From the NCBI GenBank assembly GCA_004764695.1, contig SMSO01000032.1, positions 8,216,483-8,280,482 on the forward strand: 64,000 bases of DNA. Reading direction: 5' to 3'. Below, in pieces: positions 13,886 through 23,696 of the stretch; within the stretch, counting starts at the first letter, position 1; every line of letters starts with the position of its first letter. The notes below the pieces were generated by a model. That model made no database searches. It was given only the letters and a program-made list of their open reading frames with translations, and was not told where the DNA came from. The stretch comes from Schizochytrium sp. TIO01 (lineage: Eukaryota > Protista > Bigyra: Labyrinthulomycetes). A program made the translations under genes and the position numbers.

Positions 13886-15730
13886 ATGCCCGGCAAACCC
13901 AAAAGGTCGCCGAGGTCCCCGCCCAACAGCGCGCGGCCCTTTTCAACCAGCTCGACAGACTATCCTGGTGCAGGAGCTACTTTGAGCAACAGTAGTCAGA
14001 GCCTCTATAACAGCAGCATTAGCGGCAGCATCAGTAGCAACGAGTCCCACCAACAAGAAAACCAGAATCAAGGCTTGGGCCAACAGCAAAACAGACGACG
14101 TCGAAGACCTACGCCAAGCGGGACAGACTTGACGGCAGGCGACAGAGAAGAAGAACAGACCAAGCTTGGCCACCTCGAGATCACTGAGATGGGAGGCGCC
14201 CCAGACGGCCTGGTGAGGTCTGAGCAGCTAGCTTTAAGCGGAAGAAGTGGCCTTGAACACGGCGGAGGAAACCTGCTGGTGAACGCTAAGGAGCACAAGC
14301 TACCGCACAGGGTATCGCTAATGTACCCAAACTCAACAATGTCTGCTTTCGAAGACGAGAAAAGGGCAAGAGGCATAGAAGTAGAGGAATTAGAGGAGAA
14401 CTCTGATTTTGGGGCAAGTGCTAGTGTTACTGGTAGCTATGATGATAGTGAGGGGACTACAAAGAAGCCGCACTTAAAGGGGAAAAAACGGCCTCTAGAC
14501 GTGAGCAAGTATCCTCTGCATTTCCGCACGAAGCGTGAACGGAGAAAATTTTGGACTCCAGAAGAGTTAGCAGCGTTACTCAAAGGTGTCTCGAGATATG
14601 GTTGCGGAAAATGGGTGCATATCAAATGCGACCCAGAACTCGGAGAGATTCTCCACCAGAGAACCACCGTGGATATCAAAGATAAGTGGCGCACGTACAA
14701 ACGAAACGAGCAACGTAGACAGGATGGAAAGTCTAAAAAGAGAATGGATGATCAGGAAAGCGAAGGGCGACCCAAGAGACAACGAAGAATGCTCACAGAG
14801 GCAGATGAATTTCCAGGAGCGATTCTTAGCAGCAGTAGCAACAGCAGCAGTGCAAATGCATTGTATGGAATTACTGCTATGCAAGCATCGCAACTGACAG
14901 CAGGAGTTCCACCAATGATTATGGGAAGTGCAATTTATGATCGTGATTTTGCTAATGACGAGGCTGTTGTTGCCCCTATCATCAGCCCCATTAACCTTGC
15001 CTCTTCAGAGCTCAGCGGCATGCAATATTCGTATCAGCAGCCCCAACTTCATATTGAACCCACAACTAGCCCTTCCCAAAACTGGACAGTTAAGCTACAG
15101 CTTCTTCATCCTGAAAATTTCACTGCTGAAATGGCTGCCTGCCGTGACAAGGAGGAAGTACATATGATTAACGTTGCATTAGACTCCCAGACAAGGGATC
15201 TCGCCCAATATCTCATTCACCAGTGGTTCAAAAATGAAAATTTGAACCCAGAGCGCTATAGCTTTTACTTTGATGCCTCGCGTCTCAAGGACCACGACCT
15301 TCTAGCTATGCGCGGTGTTACAGATAAGTCTATTATTTTTGTAAATGTTGACCAAAGTCTACCAATGTTTCGAGCACCAGCTGTTTCTGCAGCGCACCTC
15401 CAACAGCAGTATCAGCAGCAGCAGCAGCAACAACAACAACAACAATATCAGTACACTCACGGCCGCTCTCATCTATCCTATGATCAAAGCCCACCTCGGG
15501 CTTCACATCCTCATATTACTCTTGCTACCTCTTCATCTTCATCTTCTGCATCCTCAATATTGCCATCCCCCAACAGCATACCAAATATTGAAAGGGCATC
15601 CTCTCGGCAATACCAGCAGCAAAGGCAACAATTGCAGCTTCAATACCATCAGCAACAACAGACACAACTGCAACAAGATGTACGTGAAAGATATCATCAC
15701 TTTCATAATCAGCAGAACCAGTTCCAATAA
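13886..15730 (+). CDS. Telobox-type single-Myb (TRF-like) DNA-binding protein with a ubiquitin-like domain and polyQ tail, 614 aa
   Basis: FWTPEELAALLKGVSRYGCGKWVHIKCDPELGEILHQRTTVDIKDKWRT matches the TRF/telobox Myb consensus (W..EE..L..GV...G.G.W..I......RT.VDLKDKWR). The downstream segment VKLQLL...RYSFYFDASRLKDHDLLAMRGVTDKSIIFV has a ubiquitin-like pattern. Confidence 0.88.
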   Translation: MPGKPKRSPRSPPNSARPFSTSSTDYPGAGATLSNSSQSLYNSSISGSISSNESHQQENQNQGLGQQQNRRRRRPTPSGTDLTAGDREEEQTKLGHLEITEMGGAPDGLVRSEQLALSGRSGLEHGGGNLLVNAKEHKLPHRVSLMYPNSTMSAFEDEKRARGIEVEELEENSDFGASASVTGSYDDSEGTTKKPHLKGKKRPLDVSKYPLHFRTKRERRKFWTPEELAALLKGVSRYGCGKWVHIKCDPELGEILHQRTTVDIKDKWRTYKRNEQRRQDGKSKKRMDDQESEGRPKRQRRMLTEADEFPGAILSSSSNSSSANALYGITAMQASQLTAGVPPMIMGSAIYDRDFANDEAVVAPIISPINLASSELSGMQYSYQQPQLHIEPTTSPSQNWTVKLQLLHPENFTAEMAACRDKEEVHMINVALDSQTRDLAQYLIHQWFKNENLNPERYSFYFDASRLKDHDLLAMRGVTDKSIIFVNVDQSLPMFRAPAVSAAHLQQQYQQQQQQQQQQQYQYTHGRSHLSYDQSPPRASHPHITLATSSSSSSASSILPSPNSIPNIERASSRQYQQQRQQLQLQYHQQQQTQLQQDVRERYHHFHNQQNQFQ

Positions 15731-16923
15731 AGCTCCCGAGTCAGACAACCTCCATCCTCTTTCAACCAGACTCTACACACACTACATTTGTACTCGAAGG
15801 TACGGTCAATTAATACCTATACCTCTCGTGTCACGTAAGAAAGAAGGGAAATGTGGGAAAAAAAAAAGGTGAGAACAAATATATTCTCAGGTTTTGAAGT
15901 TTGTCTCTTATTTTGAAGTGTGGCTGAGAGACAAACTTCATTGTTACAAACACAGAATAGAACTTTGCTAGAGGTAGTTTGGTACTCCTATGTATTACTG
16001 CTGAATGAAAACGCAGTAATATCGCCTCTTGAAATGGGCAGTCTACCTTTAGTTCCCGTCATGTGGTCAAGGTTGACTTTGTATGTAACGGACATTATTT
16101 CATCATGTATGATGGCGCGGATGTGTGTACTTGAGCAAAGTTCTAGCGCTTGCGTTAATCAACTTCAAGACTCAAACTGCGCTCTGCGTCAAGATTGGTG
16201 CAGCATCGTTACGTCAAAATTATATGCTAGCACAGAATACTAGATTTTATTTTGTTACCAATCTTTGTATATTCGCATTGCTACTGTGATACTCTTATAG
16301 TAGCTAGCTAATTATAGATAAGAATGTTATTGGTTAGTGTTACTTGGCGCGGACTTGTCCTGCGCGGAGGTCCCTACAGCACTGGCCATTTTGCAAGAAT
16401 GGATTATTGATAGACATCACTTGTTTGATTTGATGAGAGGGAAGAACCAAAAGAATCATTCCTATTCCAATCATGAAAACCAGCTTTGTTAGTCAAAATT
16501 AGGACAACGTGAAATGATTTGAACCCAACTCTAATTGAACAGTTTTGCCAATATAATCTTTATTTTCACTTGTTTCTTTCTGAGTGTATGTACTCAAACC
16601 TAGCAGTTTATGTCCCAGTAACAATGATATCATATCAAGGTTCTTGCGTAATTAGAGCAAAACCTTAACCTTAACCACGCGTGCAACTGTCTATCTCATT
16701 CACTCTCTTCGAAAGAAAAAAAAACAAAAACTTATGTCAAGCAAGCTCTAGCATAACAAACCGCTAATTCACTTGTCTTCATATAGTTTGTGGCTGGTCT
16801 AAGAAATCCAAATATACGCCTGAGCAAGCAACTAGCTCGGCCAAACTTTGCTTGAGTGGACGGCTCGCCGCTGCAGAGTGCTTCTGGGAATAAGCCAACT
16901 TTTATTTTAAAAGTGAAGCGAAG

Positions 16924-19133
16924 ATGAGGTTCCTTGTATGGAAAGGTACGCGATCATGGCTTACAGCTGGTGCCGTGCTCCTCTGCAGTCACTACGTCAC
17001 ATCACAACCAGTTTTACGCGGTGAAAATCGATCTGACAAAGCTTCGAAACTTGACTATACTTCAGATATGCTTTACAATATATCTCGCATGCTGAAAACA
17101 ACATTTTATGATCTTGAGACCACGAAAGATAGCGCAGACAATCGACTTCTGGTTCTCGGAGCAGTAGTAAGTAGTCTTGCCATTGCAGCAGTTGCATTTG
17201 GCATGATTATCTGGTACCTATATCGGCTTGCCCCTGTTATGCAGCTCTCCGCACCATGGCTAAAACACATTTACATCAGACTTTTATTGCTTAATGTTTC
17301 AGCCCTGCTGGCTGAGATTCCCTCCCTAGCTTGCAGCACAAGTGCTTTCCTATTTTTTGCGTCGGCTCCATCGCTATGCATATTAATTGGTCTCGTAGCA
17401 ATCAAAGGCGTGATTGAAACAAAGCGCATACGTATTCCGTCAAAGCTCCGCACAAGGCCTTTACGTGTGCCTGACCGTTTCCTCATGCTCCCAATGTACA
17501 GCATGGACGTTATTGTAGTTGGTTTTCTCGCTGCATTTCTCGTTTGGGAGGCTGATGATGTGAACCAAAGGATTGAAGGTTTTTGCATTCATGGTCAGGA
17601 AGGACCTAATATCCCAATTTCTGTCCTCTATGGTCTTACAGGTGCATCATGCTTGTTTGCTTTAGGTTCAAGTGCACGAGCATATCGAGTTCTTTCTGTC
17701 GGTAAGTATTCTAGCTGCTACAGGTGTTCGCATTTTTTTTTTTGGCAGCGTTGTCTTATGAGAGCTATGAAAGCTCTAATGGCTTAAGAAACGTGTTCGT
17801 ACTAACTTTATTAGATTGTACAGGCTATGAGTGTTTTGGCAATTTTCTCACAATCATTTGGCTACTACCTCTCCTTTGCCTTCGAATTGCTCACTATGCA
17901 GGTAGAGGGACGATATTCTCTCAAACAAACCAAATGGCAGTCGCCAACGCTCTTTTTATTTTTGTGCTAACACTTGTATCCCTTATTATGGTTTTGTTCC
18001 GGAAACTCCCATACGTTCACATGAGCGAGACAAGTGCTAAGGAAAATGCTGTTGTAAAATATGGTCTTGGCCTTGGCGCTATGCGCTACTTTCCAGGTGG
18101 CAGTGGACTGCAATCTATGTTTACACCGAGTGAAGAAGCTATTGCAAGACTCAAGATTGAGACTACATTTGGCGATCCTAGGCAACCACAATACGACAAC
18201 CAACGTGATATTCCCATGTATAACATACCCCGTCTGCCCAGCTGGACCCCAGAGGATGGGGGCAGAGACATTCTCACCGAGATCAATAGGAAGTACGGCT
18301 ATGTAAGTGATGAAGGCCTTCACATGGGCTCCGCCAGGGGCTTAAGCCCTCGTGGAGATCGCAGTAAACGAAGCCTAAATCAATTGAGCCCCAATGAAAA
18401 ATCTCCTCACCCAATGACCCCTCAAACCCCTCATGAAAATATCTCTGCGACTGAAAACGAAGCCTCTATTCGTATTCAGGCAATGTTCCGTGGTGCAAAT
18501 GCTAGATCAAAATTGCATTCAGTGATTTGGAGGACAAGATCGGCCTCAACCTCTGCGTCTACTAACAAGAACGGACCATCTAGCCAAGAGGATGATGTTG
18601 ACGATGAGCGTAATATAATTGAAAGAGCAGCAACGCGTATTCAGGCAACCTTCAGGGGAGGTCGCGCTCGTCGGTGGCTTCATGAGATGAAGCAAGAGTT
18701 TATTGCTGCAACGAGGATTCAGGCCATTTTCCGTGGTTCTAAAAGCCGAAAGAAAGTGGAGAATTTACGTATTCGACGCAAATCACTGATGGAAGTGTCG
18801 GGAAGTTCAGGAGCCGTCGCATCCATGCGTTCCGCTCCAGCTGTAACACACCACAAAGATACGAGTGACTTCGTTAAGGAGGAAGAAGATGACTATTTTG
18901 CCGATCTTCCACTCAAGAACCATGCCACAGCCCCAGGTCCATCTAAGCCAATTGCACCGGCAAGGAGTCATTCTCCTTTCTCTTTCCTGTCTGGTTCCGA
19001 TGAGCCAAAGAGCCCAAAATCGCCCATTTCTCCGAGTCGCTTTGGCAGCCGTCTCATGAACATGCGAATCCCCACTGTACACCTCCCATCAAAGAAAGAC
19101 GGTCGTGGGCACAAGAGAAACCAAACTATGTAA
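16924..19133 (+). CDS. Multi-pass (~7TM) membrane protein with three C-terminal IQ calmodulin-binding motifs; exons 16924-17701 and 17815-19133
   Basis: The two track ORFs are joined by a phase-1 intron at 17702-17814 (GTAAGT...TACTAACTTTATTAG), giving ...LSV-D-CTGYEC in frame. There is a signal-like N-terminus, about 7 hydrophobic segments, and IQAMFRG, IQATFRG and IQAIFRG motifs. Confidence 0.85.
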
Positions 19134-19426
19134 ACAAAATCACGCTTTTAATACCCTGGACACTAATTTGATTTGTTTTTGCCTTTTACCATACATTGAT
19201 TATTTTTTTAATATTAAGCCCAAGCTTGAATTCCTTGATTCGATGAAGCCTAAGTGATCGATCTCCGCAGTGTAGATCATAGCTAAAATACCAGGCTTTT
19301 CAGGATAATCAAAAATTAAATGCATGTCTGCCTAACCGAGGAGGTTATCTCCGAATCGAATACGAAACAACAATATTTCCATTATTTTTACATGTATACA
19401 AAATGTACGCCCGCGAAGTCATAGGT

Positions 19427-20223
19427 TTATGAAACATTAAAACGCATGGATACTGGAGGACCTTTTGCCAAAAGTTGGTTAAAAAAACCCTCTTTAGGAG
19501 CACTATCAGATATAGGAGAGACAGAGACCTCAAATGGAAAAACTGGATACTTGCTAGAATCGGACTTGATTCGTGGGACAATGGCAACCGAATTTGCTTG
19601 TTGCAGTATTGAGAGAATGATGTTTCGAAGGCCTTCCTCTGCAGATACTGCTTGGAGAGAGCCTTTATGAACAACAACAGGTAATCGCCAGCGCTCCCAA
19701 TATACGCGTGCCTCAGTAGGTCCGCCAAGACCCAAAAAGCCCTTTCGCTGGCGAACCTCGAAAAATGAAACTTCAACATGACCTCTTACAAGATCTGGCC
19801 CAACAAGCTCAAGACGGTCGTCAAGATTATCTAATGCGTCGTCCACGGCCGCACGAACCTGATCTGCATCACATCGTATGTAGCTCAATGAAGGAAACTT
19901 CTGCAGGCGCTTTTCCTCAAACTCAACTTCCCCTAACGCGCGGTTGAAAAGAATCGTATGCACCACAGCCTCGACTGCTTCATGAACTTGAGCCTCGTCT
20001 ACTTCCTGAAGAATCAAACCACAGAGCCAGCATCCAAGAGTAAACGCGATTGCCCCGCGCCAAAGTAAAGCAAACGTCAGTACTCCAGTTTTCGCTCAAC
20101 GCAGTCATCATTTCGTCATTCTCGTTCCTCTTTCTTCGTCTACGTACGCCCCAAGGGCTCTAAGTTCCTGGTCAAGTAGAAACCTACCAAAGTCTCAAGA
20201 TCGTGTTGCACAACGTTCGCCAT
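19427..20223 (-). CDS. ATG101: Autophagy-related protein 101 (HORMA domain); exons 20223-20188 and 20005-19427
   Basis: Spliced start is MANVVQHDLETL|EVDEAQVHEAVEAVVHTILFNRALG, across intron 20187-20006 (GTAGGT...TACTGAC...TTCTTCAG). HTILFNRALG, LSYIRC, VSFFE, VYWERW and FPFEV match the ATG101 family. Confidence 0.9.
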
Positions 20224-20479
20224 GGTACAGAGTGATGAATAGACGCGTCAATGAAGGACGCTTATTCTAGTTTATGTGAGGCGAGTTGATTGCATTAGCA
20301 CTTCTTCTCTTGAAGCCAGTTCTGCATGGGTTCCTGGATGGATCCGTGCTTATACAGGATTGAAAGATTGCAATATCCAGCATACTTGCTATCGTTGGGA
20401 CATCATTGTGACCCTTTTGTAGAACCCGTCCACCCACGGAGCGAGGGACATTACGTAACTTACCTTAACTGCGAGCAGG

Positions 20480-22706
20480 ATGATTTGTATTATTCTTGTT
20501 GCTGGCGTAGGCAATCTTTTGGAGGCCGAACTCCTCCACGATGAAAAGCTGCGTGGTGTACCCCGAGCGCTGCTCCCAGTTGCAGGCAAGCCGATGGTAA
20601 GTATTTCCGAATAAAGGCCTGGCACGTTAGCGCAGCATGATTGAGAGAAAAGGGTTTGTGTTTGCGCTGGCGTAATGTTTTGGAGGCTTTAGCGAGCTTG
20701 TGTACTCACATTCTAAACTTGGACTTTGATAGTTGAGCTGGTGGTGGGACACTATCATGACCACGCGTGAGATCACCTCGGTTTATCTCGTCTGTAATGC
20801 TAGTAACTACAAACCTTTTGAGCGTTGGGCCACAGCAAATGGTCTTCCAGCATCCAATGTAATCAACAACGGGGCTTCTTCTGTACAGAATGCGCTAGGT
20901 GCTGCCAGAGATCTTGAACTTGGAGTTCGCAGAGCTGCGATAGATGGTCTCAACACCAAAGATGTGTGTGTCATTGCTGGTGACTCACTGTTTTTCAAAG
21001 AATTCGATCTTCCTCAGGTGATCTCTTGCTACAGGCGCTTGCAAAAGGTGGAAATTGAGAAGTCCGAGCCTCTCGAGTCTTCCATTGATTCGGGAAGTCC
21101 GCACCCTCGAAGTGATTCGTTTTCCTCACAACCGCCCGCCGCGTATCGTGCATCACTTGTCCTATACTACAACCTTCCCAAAGGCGAGGACCCCGCAAAG
21201 AAGGGAATCATCTCTATAGACCCTGCAAGCAAGCGGGTGACTCACTTTTGGGAAAAACCTACTACCCCCCTGCCAGGCTCGCTCCATTATGCTTGCCCTC
21301 TCTTTTATATTCTCGGCAGTGATGCATTATCTCAGTTGGAAGAATTCTGTGCCTATGAAGCTAGACCATCCTACTCCTGCGGAGCTTTTATGGCTCATGT
21401 GCACCAAAACACGAATTTCTACGGACTCCGTCTACCCGGTGCCTTTAGCTTAGTTGGTGTGAGTGCTGGTCTTAGAGAATATCGGGAACTAGACCGCTGC
21501 TTTGGGGGCTCTGGAAACCCTGGAGATTTGCAAAATCATGAATGTGAGGGTATCAGCAACGAAAAAACTGGAGTAGCCGGCAGTAATTCTTCTGAACCTG
21601 AGCTATCTAGCGTATTAGGAGACACACCTCGGCGACAAGACCCGTACTGCATATCTTCAGCACCTCTTAGCTCTCTTGCACTGCCCAAAAGAAGTTATGG
21701 TATGGCCTATGCTCGCACAGGTCTCATGGGCAACCCGTCGGATGGATTCTTTGGCAAAACTCTTGCCTGCACAATTAAAAACTTTTCCGCACAGGTATGG
21801 TTGGTTGAGTCGGAGAAAATCCGCATCAAGCCGCACCCTCTATTCGACCCAAGTGAATTCGGCAGTTTGAATGACCTATACTCAATTGCTCTTCGTGAGG
21901 GTTATCATGGTGGATTGCGCCTTCTGATGGCTACATGCAAACGTTTTTTCCAGCTTTGTGTGGAAAACTCAATTGCCTTGCCACGTCGTAACTTTACAGT
22001 GTCGTACGACACTAACATCCCTCGTCAAGTTGGCTTAAGTGGGTCTTCAGCCATCGTGACTGCCCTGTTCCGCGCTTTAATGAGCTTTTACGGTCTCACA
22101 GACAACGATATCCCTAAACCTTTGCAACCGGCATTTGTACTGAGTGTAGAAATGGAAGAAATGGGCATCCAAGCTGGTTTGCAGGATCGTGTTGTGCAGT
22201 GTTATGAAGGTGTGGTGTATATGGATTTTAGCAAAGACCTAATGGATCGCGATGGCCATGGTTTTTACGAAGTTCTGCCTCCAGGCTCCCTGCCTAATCT
22301 TTTCTTCATTGCCTTTCGTGCCGATCCTTCTGACAGTGGCAAAATTCATAGCAACGTGAAGCAACGCTGGCTAGAAGGGGATTCCTCGGTCCATGAAGCC
22401 ATGAAAAAGTTTGCCGGATTTGCTGAAGAAGGCCGTAACGCTCTTTTAGCTGCTGATATGGAAAAATTTGGTCAGCTCATGTCCCAGAACTTTGAGCTGC
22501 GTCGCCAGCTTTACTCAGACGAAGTTGTTGGCCAAGCCAATATTGATATGGTCGAGATTGGTCGGCGACATGGATGTTACTGCAAGTTTCCAGGTAGTGG
22601 TGGAGCTATTCTGGGTCTTGCACCTTCTCGCGATGTCTTTACGGAGCTTCGTAAAGACTACGAAAACAATGGCTGTGTTTTCAGCGTTCTTGAACTTGCT
22701 TTTTAA
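20480..22706 (+). CDS. Glucuronokinase (GHMP kinase) fused to an N-terminal nucleotidyltransferase-like domain; exons 20480-20596 and 20733-22706
   Basis: Exon 1 encodes MICIILVAGVGNLLEAELLHDEKLRGVPRALLPVAGKPM; intron 20597-20732 (GTAAGT...GATAG). The C-terminal half has the glucuronokinase motifs YARTGLMGNPSDGFFGKT, IPRQVGLSGSSA, AGLQDRVVQ, SDSGKIHS and KFPGSGGA. Confidence 0.92.
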
Positions 22707-23696
22707 ATGGCTTCTTGGATGTTTTCATTTCTTTGCTTATGTGTGTCCTTCAACTTTGTTCAATCCATTTCATCTCTATAACGCTTTATATTCAGCTTCG
22801 ACTCTTCACGAATCCGAAATGCATTATTTTAGTCAAAGAATGTAACACTTCCACGTAATGATTAAGTTTATCTTTTTAGACAACATTCCTTTTAAAACGT
22901 TTGAGCATCGTTTTCATCTCTCTAATTTTCAGTCCAACTCGTGAGTGCCTAAGTACCTACTAGTCATGATATTCCTATTACTGTCACGATACCTATGCAA
23001 ACGTCAAAACTTATATAACCCGGGCCTCCTAATGGTAGTAATTATTTCATATAAACAATACATTGTTGGTCTTTGCTGTAAAAAGAAGTGGAGGTTAGGT
23101 AAGAAAATGGAATGGCCAAGGAACCAGCGATCACCAAGCACTACAAATGAGGCAAACCTTCAACACAAGCCAGCAAAGTACTTCCACCAAAAGTTTGGCG
23201 CCTCAGCAAGTGCCCTTCAAGCGCCTCCCTGGAGGCAAGCGCATGTACGCAGGTGACCACGTTGAGGCTGCGGTTTGTTCCGGCGGCCGAGAGCAACGAA
23301 GCATTGGCCTTGCCATTATCTACGCCATAGTAACCTCCACCAAGCACAAAGAGAATCTCAAATGTCAGATTAGTGACCTTCTCAGACGCCTCAGCAATCT
23401 AAACTTGCCTATTAAATCTAAGTATTGATAGAGACATGGGGACATCTTATATCTGTCCTGTCATCCGTTCATTATTTTCTTAGGTCTTAATTGACTCGTT
23501 CTCGAGAACAGCACAGTTTTACAAGTTCCATACTATAAGTTCAACTGGCGAATATAGTATTTGTGTGCTGACGGCTAGCCGAGCCACGAGAGTATTTCAA
23601 GAGCAATCCTTGTGAGAATATCGAATGTCTATGAGATCAATAATTTCTATAATTTAGTCGGGCGGGTGGTGCAGTGTTGAGAGTACTTCACCTACC

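Noticed and set aside
16662-16677. AACCTTAACCTTAACC as an interstitial telomeric repeat near the telobox gene
   Set aside because: Fewer than three units; expected by chance.
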